From assembly GCA_021325135.1 (NCBI GenBank), contig JAJPHT010000019.1, forward strand, positions 1 to 64,000: a DNA stretch of 64,000 nucleotides. Direction: 5' to 3'. A model generated the notes under the pieces. The model did no database searches. It had not been told where the DNA came from and was given only the letters and a program-made list of their open reading frames with translations. Shown here one piece after another: positions 17,780 to 27,366 of the stretch. The stretch's first letter is position 1. Each line of letters starts with the position of its first letter. Source of the DNA: Pseudomonadota bacterium (lineage in GTDB: Archaea > Thermoplasmatota > SW-10-69-26 > JACQPN01 > JAJPHT01). The position numbers and the translations under genes were made by a program.

Positions 17780-17882
17780 GGGCGCGTCCGCCTAGCCGGG
17801 GCGCGGCATAGACGTTGCCATGGAGCAGACGTCCGAGCCGTGTTCCAGAGCCGTCTTCGGCGCTCCTGAGCACGCCCGCTGC

Positions 17883-19292
17883 ATGACGCGCCTCCTGGGC
17901 ACGCTCGCCGTCGTCCTCCTGCTTGCCTCCGGCGCAGGCCCCGTGCTCGCTTCGCACGCGCAGACGGTGAACGGCTGGACGCTGACGTTCCAGAGCCGCA
18001 ACGGCAACGAGTGGTGGGTCGAGGCGGTGGTGGGCGGCGCGTCGGCGTCGCAGGTGACGCGCGTCGAGGCCATGGACACGGGCGGCCCGTGGGTCGAATT
18101 GACGAAGCGCGCCTGGGGCTCGTGGGCCGCGAGCTTCCACGTCGAGCCGGGCCACACGGTGCGATTCCGCGCGACGATGCCCGACGGGACGCAGGTCCTC
18201 AGCTGCGCCTTCACGCACCCCGCGGGCGTCGAGCAGTGCGGCGCGTTCGCCGCGACGTTCACCGGCGTGGGCGGCAACGAGTGGTGGGTGCAGGCCCACG
18301 TCACGGCGAGCCTGCCGCTTGCGGGCGTCGACGCGCGCGTGGACGGCGGCGCGTGGCAGCCGCTCACGCTGCGAAGCTGGGGCGACTGGGCCGCGAGCCT
18401 CCACGTCCCCAACGGCAGCCTCGTCGAGCTTCGCGCCCGCAGCCAGGACGGCCAGGAGGACGTGTCGGGCGCGTACCGCTGGCCCGACGCCACGCCCGCG
18501 CAGGGCGGCGCCCCCGGCTTCCGCGCGGGCTTCCGCCCCGTGGCGGGCAACGAGTGGTGGGTCGAGACCTACGTCGACGCCGACCGCCCGCTGGCCAAGG
18601 TGCAGGCGCGCATCGAAGGGCTCGGCTGGCACGACCTGGCGAAGACATCCTGGGGCTCGTGGGCCGCGAGCTTCCACGTGCCCGAGGGCAGCCTCGTGCG
18701 CTTCCGCGCCATCGCGGGCGACGGCGCGACCAACGAGAGCGGGCTCTACCGCTGGCCCGGCGCGACGCCCGCGGGCCCGTGGCCGCGCGAGGGGAGCTTC
18801 GCGACGTTCCACAGCGAGGCGGGCGAGCGCTCGCCCAGCGGCGACTTTGCCGCATGGGACGAGGTCAACGTGAGCTTCGCCTTCTCTCGGGGCCAGTGGA
18901 GCGCCTCGTGCGAGGGCTGGCACTACGAGTCGCACGGCGAAGGCACACCCACCAACCGCACGCGCATCCTCTCGACGGTCCCGGGCGCGCCACCCACCGG
19001 CCCGCCGCGCACGAGCGCGGGCGCCAACGTCACCGTGCAGGCGCTCACGGGGTGCGACGACGGCTGGCCCTGGGGCAACCTCACCGTGCAGGGCCCCGCG
19101 ACGCGCGCCACCAACCAGAGCGGGCAGCCGGTCGCCGCCTCGGGCTGGCGCGGCGCGTTCGAGCCCGAATGCCAATGCCAGAGCGCGGAGGCGACGTGGA
19201 GCGACGCCAGCGGCGTCACGCTCGCCTGGTCGTTCAGCGGCCTCACCACGTGGCAGCGCGGCTGGCTGAAGGACACGGACTCGCCGCTCTGA
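17883..19292 (+). CDS. Secreted protein with three GNEWWV repeats (expansin-D2/CBM63-like)
   Basis: Signal peptide; three ~80-aa repeats GNEWWV...W..L....WG.WAAS.HV..G..V..RA. Confidence 0.75.
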   Translation: MTRLLGTLAVVLLLASGAGPVLASHAQTVNGWTLTFQSRNGNEWWVEAVVGGASASQVTRVEAMDTGGPWVELTKRAWGSWAASFHVEPGHTVRFRATMPDGTQVLSCAFTHPAGVEQCGAFAATFTGVGGNEWWVQAHVTASLPLAGVDARVDGGAWQPLTLRSWGDWAASLHVPNGSLVELRARSQDGQEDVSGAYRWPDATPAQGGAPGFRAGFRPVAGNEWWVETYVDADRPLAKVQARIEGLGWHDLAKTSWGSWAASFHVPEGSLVRFRAIAGDGATNESGLYRWPGATPAGPWPREGSFATFHSEAGERSPSGDFAAWDEVNVSFAFSRGQWSASCEGWHYESHGEGTPTNRTRILSTVPGAPPTGPPRTSAGANVTVQALTGCDDGWPWGNLTVQGPATRATNQSGQPVAASGWRGAFEPECQCQSAEATWSDASGVTLAWSFSGLTTWQRGWLKDTDSPL

Positions 19293-19294
19293 GC

Positions 19295-20479
19295 TTACCA
19301 GAGGTGGACCTCGACGGCGCTTCCCGCGGGGAGCGTCGCGCCCTCGGGCACGCCGATCCAGCCGTCGCTCCCGGCCATGCTGGTGAGCGAGCCGCTCCCC
19401 TTGAACGTCGTCGAGGCGCGGCCCCCCTCCAGCCTCACGGGCAGGAATTGATATCGGTCCGGCTCGCCGCGGACCTCGTGCGCGAGCGTCGCGGGGATCG
19501 AGCGCGCCTCGGGCGGGGGCAGCCCCGCGAGGCGCCGCACCACGGGCACGACGAAGAGGTGCGCGTTGGAGAGCGCGCTCGTGGGGTTCCCCGGGAGGCC
19601 GACGACGAGGCATGCGCCGATGCGGCCCGCCAGCAGGGGCTTGCCCGGCTTCACGCGCACGCCGTGGAGCATCACCTCGCCCTCGGCCCGCAGCGCGTCG
19701 GCCGCCAGGTCGCGCTTCCCCACCGAGGCGCCTCCCGCGAGCACGACGAGGTCGTGGCTCGTGGCGGCGGTCCGCAGCGCCGCGCGCTGCGCCTCGATCT
19801 CGTCGGGGAGCGGGGGCATCGCCTCGACCTCGGCGCCCGCGGAGACCAGGAGCGCGGCGAGGCTCGTGGAGTTGCTGTCGTAGACGCGCCACGGCTGCGG
19901 CGGCTCGCCGGGCCTCAGAAGCTCGTCGCCGCTGGCGAAGAGCGCGACGCGCGGCCGCGAGAGGGCCTTCACGCGCGCGCGGCCCACGGACGCCAGCAGG
20001 CCCAGGCGCGCGGGCGTGAGCGCCTCGCCGCGCGAGACGACGGGCGCGCCCCGGGCCAGGTCCACGCCCGCGGGGTCCACGAACTGGCGGGGCCGCGGCG
20101 CGACGCGAAGCTCCACGAGCCCGCCCGACTCGCTGGCGTCCTCGACGCGCGCCACCGCGTCCGCGCCGGGCGGCAGGGGCGCGCCCGTGGCGATGCGCGC
20201 GGCCTCCCTGGGGCCCACGCTCGGAAGGGCGCTGGCACCCGCGGCGATCTCGCCCACGACGCGGCGCGGGGCGGTGCCGTCGGCTGCGCGCACCGCGTAG
20301 CCGTCCATGGTGGAGCGGTCGAAGGGGGGCACCGCGACGGGGGCCGCGACGTCCTCGGCGCACGCGCGGCCCGCGGCCTCCAGCAGGGGGAGCTCCTCCG
20401 CCCGCTCCACGGGCGAGGCCGCGGCCAGGAGCCGCGAGAGGGCCTCCTCCTTGGAGACCAGCGCGCCAAAGGGGCGCAT
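19295..20479 (-). CDS. moeA: Molybdopterin molybdenumtransferase
   Basis: PPFDRSTMDGYAV, IATGAPLP.GADAV, SGDEL, DSN, VKPGKP, GLPGNP. Confidence 0.95.
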   Translation of the reverse strand: MRPFGALVSKEEALSRLLAAASPVERAEELPLLEAAGRACAEDVAAPVAVPPFDRSTMDGYAVRAADGTAPRRVVGEIAAGASALPSVGPREAARIATGAPLPPGADAVARVEDASESGGLVELRVAPRPRQFVDPAGVDLARGAPVVSRGEALTPARLGLLASVGRARVKALSRPRVALFASGDELLRPGEPPQPWRVYDSNSTSLAALLVSAGAEVEAMPPLPDEIEAQRAALRTAATSHDLVVLAGGASVGKRDLAADALRAEGEVMLHGVRVKPGKPLLAGRIGACLVVGLPGNPTSALSNAHLFVVPVVRRLAGLPPPEARSIPATLAHEVRGEPDRYQFLPVRLEGGRASTTFKGSGSLTSMAGSDGWIGVPEGATLPAGSAVEVHLW

Positions 20480-20549
20480 GCCGTGCATGGGCGGCCATCC
20501 CCCGAGGGCCCCCTTGGATTTATCTAGGCGAACCCTCCTCGCCGCGCCG

Positions 20550-21260
20550 ATGCCCGCCGCGGAGCCCCCCAGCGCGATCACGACGTCGTGCCCCGGCTGC
20601 GGCCAGGAGACCATCCACGCGGTGCTGCGCGCCACCATGGGCACCAAGGGGCAGTTCCTCACCTTCGACGGCACCGTGGAGTGCTCCGAGTGCGGCCGCG
20701 TCCACCACGCGCTGGTGCGCGAGCCCAAGCCCGTGGAGGTGCCCATCGTCGTGAGCCGCGGCGAGCAGTCGCACCGCGCCAAGGTCGAGCTTCCCGGGGA
20801 CGACGAGCTCTCCGTGGGCGAGGCGCTGGTGGTCGACGGGAAGACGTGCAAGCTCACCGGCATCGAGTCCAGGGACATGCGCCGCGTCGACGCCGCCGCC
20901 GTCTCCGACGTGCTCACCCTCTGGGCCAAGGAGTTCGAGGAGATCCCCGTCGGCTTCGCCATCAACCTGGGCAAGAAGACCATCACCAAGGTCGTCGCCG
21001 CGCCCCCCGGGCAGGAGTTCAGCGTGGGCGAGGAGTTCGTCTTCGGCCGCCTGCGCGTGACCGTCCACGCCATCAAGACCGAGGAGCGCCTCCTCAAGCG
21101 CGGCAGCGCGGAGGCCGGCGAGATCAAGCGCGTCTTCGCGCAGCCCACCCCCCTGGGCGGCGAGAAGTACCGCCCCCCCAAGGCCCAGCGCGACCAATCC
21201 CGGCGCGACAAGGAGCGGGCAGCGGGGGGCTCGCCCCGCGGCCGGAGGCCGGGCGAGTGA
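20550..21260 (+). CDS. Archaeal Zn-finger protein (HVO_0476/COG1326-like)
   Basis: CPGCG.ETIH.VL, ECSECGRVH, IVVSRGEQS, ITGIE-like repeats. Confidence 0.8.
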   Translation: MPAAEPPSAITTSCPGCGQETIHAVLRATMGTKGQFLTFDGTVECSECGRVHHALVREPKPVEVPIVVSRGEQSHRAKVELPGDDELSVGEALVVDGKTCKLTGIESRDMRRVDAAAVSDVLTLWAKEFEEIPVGFAINLGKKTITKVVAAPPGQEFSVGEEFVFGRLRVTVHAIKTEERLLKRGSAEAGEIKRVFAQPTPLGGEKYRPPKAQRDQSRRDKERAAGGSPRGRRPGE

Positions 21261-22099
21261 GCGCGCGCCTCCTGGACGGCAAGGCCATCGCGGCCGAGAT
21301 CCGCGCCGACATCGCGCGCCGCGTCAAGGCCTCCGGCCGCCAGCCGGGCCTCGCCGTCATCCTCGTGGGGGACGACCCCGCGAGCCACACCTACGTCGCC
21401 AGCAAGGAGAAGGCCGCCAGGGAGTGCGGCTTCCACAGCGTCGTCGAGCGCTACCCCGCCGACATGGCCGAGGCCGCTTTGCTATCACGGGTCGCGGCGC
21501 TCAACGCGGACCCGCGCATCCACGGCTTCTTCGTGCAGTTCCCGGTCCCCCGCCAGATCGACGGCGAGAAGGTGATGCGCGCCGTCTCGCCCGACAAGGA
21601 CGTGGACGGCTTCCACCCCCTGAACCAGGGGCTCCTCCTCCAGGGGCAGCCGCGCTTCCTCAGCGCCACGCCTCGCGGCGTCGTCGAGCTGATCGCCCGC
21701 GCGGGCGGCGCCGCCGGCAAGCGCGTCGTCGTCCTCGGCCGCAGCAACACCGTGGGCAAGCCCCTGGCGGCTGCGCTCATGAACAAGGGCCCGCGCGGCG
21801 ACGCCACCGTCACCGTCGCGCACTCGCGCACGCCCGACCTCGCGCGGCTCTGCCGGGAGGCCGACGTGCTGGTGGCCGCCATGGGGCAGCCGCGCCTCGT
21901 GAAGGCCGACTGGGTGAAGCCCGGCGCGGTCGTCGTCGACGTGGGCACCTCGCGCGTCGAGGGCAAGCTCGTGGGCGACGTGGACTTCGAGGCCGTCAAG
22001 GAGGTCGCCGGCTGGATCACGCCCGTGCCCGGCGGCGTGGGGCCCATGACCATCGCGATGCTCATGCTCAACACGCTGGAAGCCGCGGGCATCCCGTAG
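21257..22099 (+). CDS. folD: Bifunctional methylene-THF dehydrogenase/cyclohydrolase
   Basis: LLDGK, VGDDPASHTYV, KDVDGFHP, GRSNTVGKP, TPVPGGVGPMT. Confidence 0.96.
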   Translation: MSARLLDGKAIAAEIRADIARRVKASGRQPGLAVILVGDDPASHTYVASKEKAARECGFHSVVERYPADMAEAALLSRVAALNADPRIHGFFVQFPVPRQIDGEKVMRAVSPDKDVDGFHPLNQGLLLQGQPRFLSATPRGVVELIARAGGAAGKRVVVLGRSNTVGKPLAAALMNKGPRGDATVTVAHSRTPDLARLCREADVLVAAMGQPRLVKADWVKPGAVVVDVGTSRVEGKLVGDVDFEAVKEVAGWITPVPGGVGPMTIAMLMLNTLEAAGIP

Positions 22100-22152
22100 G
22101 CTCAAAGCCTCCATCCAATGAGGGGAATACCCCCCGGCCGCACCCGGGACGC

Positions 22153-22818
22153 ATGCGCTCCGCGCTGGTCCTCGCGCTCCTGGCCCTCCTCGTCGCCGCC
22201 CCCCTCGCCGCCGCCCAGGTCCCCCTCCCCGACCCCTCGGGCGTCGTCGACACGGCGTGCGCGGCGGTGGGCGGCGTCTCCCCCGACGCGCGCGACAAGC
22301 TGCCGGTCTGCCCCCGGGCGGACCCCGCGCCCGCGCAGCCCGCGGACCCGGAGCACCAGCACGACCACCCCGCCGCGCCCCCCGCGACGCCGCAGGACGC
22401 GCCGGCGCTCGCGCAGGACGCCGTGGACGCCGCCCAGGGCGCCGCGCAGGACCCCGGAAGCGCGCCCGACCGCGTCGCGGCCTTCGTCGCCACGCTCGTC
22501 CAGTTCGTGAAGGACCTGCTCCACCTCCCCGTGCAGGGCCTCGACGCGAGCCTGGCCGGGCTGGGCCACGCCAAGGCGGCCGTCTCCTCGGCGGCCGCCG
22601 GCGCGGCCCACGCGGCGGGCGGCGCGGCCGGCGCCGTGAAGGGCGCGCTGGCCCACGCGACGCACGCGGCCCTCGACGCGGTGCGCGGCCTCCTCCACCA
22701 TGCGGCGCCTGCGCAGAAGGGCTCGGCACCGACGCAGCTTCCCCAGGTCGGGCGCGCCGCGAGGCAGCCCCTGGGCCTGCTGCGCGACGTGGCCTCCCGG
22801 GCCGCGGCGGTCCCGTAG
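22153..22818 (+). CDS. Secreted Ala/Pro-rich hypothetical protein
   Basis: Signal peptide MRSALVLALLALLVAAPLAAA; host-like codon use. Confidence 0.55.
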   Translation: MRSALVLALLALLVAAPLAAAQVPLPDPSGVVDTACAAVGGVSPDARDKLPVCPRADPAPAQPADPEHQHDHPAAPPATPQDAPALAQDAVDAAQGAAQDPGSAPDRVAAFVATLVQFVKDLLHLPVQGLDASLAGLGHAKAAVSSAAAGAAHAAGGAAGAVKGALAHATHAALDAVRGLLHHAAPAQKGSAPTQLPQVGRAARQPLGLLRDVASRAAAVP

Positions 22819-22860
22819 CGCAGCCCTTATGGGACGCGCCCGGCCTCGCCACGCGGCAAG

Positions 22861-24471
22861 GTGCCGGGCGTGAGCGGACGGAAGGCCTTGGTCGCCATCG
22901 CGAACCTGGGCCTGGGCGCCCTCCTGGGCCTCGTGATCCTCAAGATCACGGCCGTCTACTTCGGGCCCGAGGACCTGGGCGACGTCGAGTTCGCCACGAG
23001 CATCCTGGGCATGCTCTACCTGCTCACCGACCTCAACATGTCGGACGCGCACGTGAAGCGCGTCTCGCAGGGCGAGCACGAGGGCGACTGCTTCGCGACC
23101 TTCGCCGCCTTCAAGATCGTCTCCACCGCCCTCTTCGTGCTGCTCTCCGCGGGCATCCTGTGGCTCTACGTGGGCGTCCTGGGCAAGCCCCTGGTGTCGA
23201 CGAGCCTCGACGTCATGGTGGTCACCATCGTCTACTACGTCGCGCGGAGCGTCTGCATCGTCCCGCAGTCCACCTTCGAGGCCAAGCAGCAGATCGCCAA
23301 GACGCAGGCCGGCTCCCTGGTGGAGACGTTCGTGCGCTTCCTGCTGACGGCCCTCTTCGCCCTCGTGCTGGCGGCGCTGGCCTCCCACGCGGGCCCCCTC
23401 GTGGGCCGCGTCTCGCCGGACAACGCGCTCTGGCGCTGGGTCGCCGCGCACCCCAGCGGCGCGCTCGCGCTGACGTTCACCCTGAGCGCCGTCGCCAACG
23501 CGGTCGTGAGCCTGTGGCTGCTGCGCCGCGCGCTGGAGAAGGGGCGCTTCCGCTGGGACCTCCTCCAGAGCTACTTCCGCTTCGCGATCCCCCTCTTCAG
23601 CGTCGCCGCGTTCAGCATCGTCTCGGTGAACATCGACCGCATCGCGCTGGGCTTCTTCGGCAGCAACGTGGACACCGCCGACTTCGGCGCGCTGCGGCGC
23701 GTCGTCATGGTCATCGACGGCATCGGCGCGGCGGTCGGCCTCCTTCTGCTGCCGCGCCTCTCCAGCCTCACGGCGGAGCAGGCCCACGGCGAGGCGCACC
23801 AGACCATGGACCGCAGCCTGCGCTATCTTTCCATGCTCATCGTCCCCATGACGGCGTTCCTGGCGGTCTTCCCCGTCCCCATCATCACGCTCGTGCTCGC
23901 GAACGCCTGGACTGACAGCGCCTACGTCCTCAGCGTGCTCGCCTTCTGGGTTCTGGTCACGACGCTGGCGCGGCCGTACATCTACTTCGTCATGGGCGCG
24001 GACCGGCCCGGCGCCGTCGCGCGGATCGGCATCGTCACCTCGCTGCTCAACATCGCGCTCATCCTCGTCCTGGTCCCCACCGACGTGAAGTCGCTGGGCA
24101 TCCGCCTCTTCGGCCTGCGCGCCATGGGCGCCGCCATCGGGACGCTGATCTCGGGCGTCGTCTACCTCGTCATGATCCAGCGCGAGACGCGGCAGGCCCT
24201 GGGCTATCACCCGCCCGCGCACACGTGGTGGCACCTGGCGGCAGCCGCCGTCATGTCGGGCGCGCTCCTGGCCCTGGACGCCTTCACGCCGCTGCACCTC
24301 GCGCGCTGGTGGTCGTTCCCCCTCTACGCAGTCCTGGGCGCCGCGGTCTACTTCGCCGCGCTCTTCGCCATGCGCGAGTTCACGGCGGACGACTACCGCT
24401 GGATCCGCGACGCGGTGCATCCGGGCGAGATGCTGCGCTACCTGCGCGCCGAGCTGCGGGATGAGGAGTAG
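22861..24471 (+). CDS. Oligosaccharide flippase (Wzx/MATE-like)
   Basis: About 14 TM; FGPEDLG, NIDRIALGFF, GAAIGTL; heads the glycan cluster. Confidence 0.88.
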   Translation: MPGVSGRKALVAIANLGLGALLGLVILKITAVYFGPEDLGDVEFATSILGMLYLLTDLNMSDAHVKRVSQGEHEGDCFATFAAFKIVSTALFVLLSAGILWLYVGVLGKPLVSTSLDVMVVTIVYYVARSVCIVPQSTFEAKQQIAKTQAGSLVETFVRFLLTALFALVLAALASHAGPLVGRVSPDNALWRWVAAHPSGALALTFTLSAVANAVVSLWLLRRALEKGRFRWDLLQSYFRFAIPLFSVAAFSIVSVNIDRIALGFFGSNVDTADFGALRRVVMVIDGIGAAVGLLLLPRLSSLTAEQAHGEAHQTMDRSLRYLSMLIVPMTAFLAVFPVPIITLVLANAWTDSAYVLSVLAFWVLVTTLARPYIYFVMGADRPGAVARIGIVTSLLNIALILVLVPTDVKSLGIRLFGLRAMGAAIGTLISGVVYLVMIQRETRQALGYHPPAHTWWHLAAAAVMSGALLALDAFTPLHLARWWSFPLYAVLGAAVYFAALFAMREFTADDYRWIRDAVHPGEMLRYLRAELRDEE

Positions 24472-24515
24472 CGCTCCCTTCGCGATGGGGCGCCCCTCTG
24501 CCGGCGCCCCCGGAA

Positions 24516-24585
24516 GCAACCCGAACCCACGAACCACCGGACCAAAGGTAAGACCGTGGTCCGGTGGTTCGTGGGTTCGGGTTGC
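24516..24585. repeat. Perfect 29-bp inverted repeat with periodic GAACC arms
   Basis: GCAACCCGAACCCACGAACCACCGGACCA, 12-nt loop, exact reverse complement. Confidence 0.9.
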
Positions 24586-24638
24586 ATCGAGGAGCGCGAG
24601 CCGGGCAGATTCAAGAGAGATGTGCGCGATCCGCCCGC

Positions 24639-25613
24639 ATGCGCGTCAGCGTGGCGATGGCGACCTACAACGGCGGCCGCTACCTGGCGACGCAGCTGGA
24701 CAGCCTCGCCGCCCAGACGCGCCTCCCCGACGAGCTCGTCATCACGGACGACTGCTCCAAGGACGACACGGTGGAGATCGCCCGCGCGTTCGCCAAGCGC
24801 GCGCCCTTCCCGGTGCGCGTCGAGGTCAACGAGGCGCCGCTGCGCATGGGGCGCAACTTCCAGCGCGCCGCAAGCCTGTGCGAAGGCGACGTCATCCTCT
24901 TCTGCGACCACGACGACCGCTGGCACGCGGACAAGGTCGAGCGCATCGAGCGCGCCTTCCTCGCGCGCCCCGACGCGGGCGTCGTCTTCATGGACGCCGA
25001 CGTGACGGGCCCCGACCTGGAGCCCAAGGGGTACACCTTCTGGCAGGGCATGGGGTTCGGCGAGGACGTGCTCCAGGCCATCGAGCGCGAGCCCTTGGAC
25101 GTGCTGCTGCGCCAGTTCGTCGTGCAGGGCGCCGCCATGGGCTTCCGCGCCCCCATCCGCGAGAAGGCCTTCCCGGTGCAGGAGGGGTGGGCCCACGACG
25201 CGTGGCTCTCGCTGGTCGCCGCGCTGGACTGGCCCTTCGTGGCGCTGCGCGAGACGGGCCTCGACTACCGCCAGCACGGGGGGAACGCCATCGGCGTGCG
25301 CCCGCCGGGCGCCTGGGAGCGCGCGCGCTCCGTGCTGCGCATGCGCCTCGCCAGCAACCGCGCCCTCCTCGCCCGCGACGTCGCGCTCTGGGGCCCGGTC
25401 CTCCCGCGGCTGGAGGCGATGGCGACGCGCCCCGCCGCGCGCGAGCGCCTGGCGGACCTCCGCGAGCGCATCGGGCACTACCAGGCGCGCATGGCGCTCC
25501 CGCGCAACCCCCTGCGCCGCGTGGGCCCCGTGATGCGCGAGGCGCGCGCGGGCCGCTACGCGCGCCACTCCGCGGGCGTGGGGAGCGCGATCAAGGACGT
25601 GCTGCTGCGCTAA
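24639..25613 (+). CDS. GT2 glycosyltransferase (rhamnosyltransferase-like)
   Basis: VSVAMATYNG, DDCSKD, FCDHDDRW, HDAW, YRQH. Confidence 0.92.
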   Translation: MRVSVAMATYNGGRYLATQLDSLAAQTRLPDELVITDDCSKDDTVEIARAFAKRAPFPVRVEVNEAPLRMGRNFQRAASLCEGDVILFCDHDDRWHADKVERIERAFLARPDAGVVFMDADVTGPDLEPKGYTFWQGMGFGEDVLQAIEREPLDVLLRQFVVQGAAMGFRAPIREKAFPVQEGWAHDAWLSLVAALDWPFVALRETGLDYRQHGGNAIGVRPPGAWERARSVLRMRLASNRALLARDVALWGPVLPRLEAMATRPAARERLADLRERIGHYQARMALPRNPLRRVGPVMREARAGRYARHSAGVGSAIKDVLLR

Positions 25614-25616
25614 AGC

Positions 25617-25703
25617 GGGGGGTTCGGGGGGCACAGCCCCCTGAGGTGAAGTCGTCGGATCAGAAAACGAAAACGTCAGGGGGCTTCGCCCCCCGAACCC
25701 CCC
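25617..25703. repeat. REP-like composite palindrome between convergent genes
   Basis: GGGGGGTTCGGGGGGC...GCCCCCCGAACCCCCC with internal GGGGGC-N3-GCCCCC hairpins. Confidence 0.75.
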
Positions 25704-25753
25704 TCGGGTAGCGGCGCTGCGGCGCCGCCGGACGACTTCCCCAACGCTCCGCT

Positions 25754-26950
25754 TCAGCCGGCCAGCTTCGCGGCGGTCTCCGCCAGGTGCTCGCCGAAGG
25801 GGAGCGAGCAGGTGAGGCCCGGGCTCACGGCGTTGAGCACGTGGACGGTGCGCGGCGTCTGGCGCACGACGATGTCCTCCACGAGGTTGCCCTTGCGGTC
25901 CACCATCTGGGCGCGGTTGCCCGCGTAGCTCTTGCAGAGGTCCTCGGGGCGCAGGTCGGGCACGAGGAGGCGCGCCTCCTTCCAGATGGCCTTGAGGCTC
26001 AGGCTCTTGGCGACCTCGTCGCGCACGAGGCGGCGGAACTGCGGCTTCACCATCATGCGCCAGAAGCCGCCCCAGCCCAGCGTGAGGCCCAGGCCGCCGC
26101 CCTTGAAGGAGGAGAAGCGGTACGCCTCGCGGCCGAAGGCCAGCATGGCGCCCGGCCCCACGATGACGCGCCCGTCAGCGCGCCGCGAGAGATGCACGCC
26201 CAGGAAGGGGAACGCGAGGTCGGGCGCCGCGTAGACGTGGCTCCTCACGAGGTCGCGCCGCCGGGGGACGAGCTCCGCGTAGTAGCCGCGGAAGGGGATG
26301 ACGCGCATGTCGGGCGCCAGCGATCCCGCCAGGCGGTCCGCGTAGAGCCCCGCGGCGTTCACCAGCGCCTTCGCCGTGATGGGCCCCTTGCTCGTCCGCG
26401 CCGTGACACCCCCGTCGGCCTCGTCGAGGCCCAGGACGCGCGTGTCGTAGAGGATGGTCGCTCCGGCGCGCAGCGCGTCGTCGCTGAGCGCGTGGACGTA
26501 GGCCCGCGCGTCGAAGCTCGCGGCATCGCGAGCGTGCAGCGCCTCGATGCCCACGGCGTGCGGCTCCTGCGCGCGCAGCCCCTCGGCGTCCAGAAGGCGG
26601 ACGTCGACGCCGTTGCCCTGGCCGCGCTTGTGGAGCTCCGCGAGCACCGCGCGCTCGGCCTCGGTGCGGGCGACCACGAGGATGCCCCCCGGGTGCGTGG
26701 CGATGCCGCGCTCCTCGCAGTACGCGCGCAGGCGCCGGTTGCCCTCGACGCAGTAGCGCGCCTTCTGCGAGCCGGGCTTCACGTTGTACCCCGCGTGGAT
26801 GACGCCGCTGTTGCGGCCGCTCTGGTGGAGCGCGGGGCCGCCCTCCTTCTCCACGACGACGACGCGGAGGCCTTGGCGGGCCAGGTGGAGCGCGCAGCTT
26901 GCGCCCACCGCGCCCGCGCCCACCACGAGGACGTCCGCGTCGGCGCTCAC
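25754..26950 (-). CDS. lhgO: L-2-hydroxyglutarate oxidase-like FAD oxidoreductase
   Basis: VGAGAVG, HQSGRNSGVIHAG, NAAGLYADR, PFRGYY, FPFLGVHL, HVLNAVSPGLT. Confidence 0.88.
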   Translation of the reverse strand: MSADADVLVVGAGAVGASCALHLARQGLRVVVVEKEGGPALHQSGRNSGVIHAGYNVKPGSQKARYCVEGNRRLRAYCEERGIATHPGGILVVARTEAERAVLAELHKRGQGNGVDVRLLDAEGLRAQEPHAVGIEALHARDAASFDARAYVHALSDDALRAGATILYDTRVLGLDEADGGVTARTSKGPITAKALVNAAGLYADRLAGSLAPDMRVIPFRGYYAELVPRRRDLVRSHVYAAPDLAFPFLGVHLSRRADGRVIVGPGAMLAFGREAYRFSSFKGGGLGLTLGWGGFWRMMVKPQFRRLVRDEVAKSLSLKAIWKEARLLVPDLRPEDLCKSYAGNRAQMVDRKGNLVEDIVVRQTPRTVHVLNAVSPGLTCSLPFGEHLAETAAKLAG

Positions 26951-27366
26951 GATGGCAGCCCCTTGAGGAGATGCGCCCCCAGGCGGCGGGCCGCCTCGGG
27001 CGCGCGGTGGGCGTGCGAGAAGACGCGGGCGTGGTCGAGCGCAGCGTATTGGTGGACGAGGACGTTCCGGAATCGGCGCAGATCGGACAGGCTTTCGGCA
27101 TCGGTCCCGGAGAGGACGCCGATCCGCGCGAGCCCCCGGATGATCCCCTCGTCGTCCTGAGGCGCGCCTTCCTGCCGTTTGGACCAGACCAGCGCGGCGA
27201 GGTCGACGAGCGCCTCGATGGCGACCTGCAGCCCGCGCTCGATCGCAAGGCGCCTCGTCTGGTCTTCCATGTAGGCCTCGACGCTGGAGGGGAGGGTCTG
27301 GCTGATGAAATCGGCGTGCTGCCGGATCGTGTCGAGAAGGATCGCGGCGCGCCGGTCGCTACCCAT
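26947..27366 (-). CDS. HEPN (DUF86/HepT) RNase toxin
   Basis: AIERGLQVAIEALVD, RNVLVHQY (R-x4-H-x-Y). Confidence 0.88.
   Translation of the reverse strand: MGSDRRAAILLDTIRQHADFISQTLPSSVEAYMEDQTRRLAIERGLQVAIEALVDLAALVWSKRQEGAPQDDEGIIRGLARIGVLSGTDAESLSDLRRFRNVLVHQYAALDHARVFSHAHRAPEAARRLGAHLLKGLPS

Noticed and set aside
17301-20498. 1065-aa minus-strand ORF and other very long Arg/Gly/Ala-rich ORFs (e.g. 58540-63633 read as one 1697-aa ORF)
   Set aside because: Off-frame read-through artefacts; only the 58540-61086 part of the latter is a coherent gene
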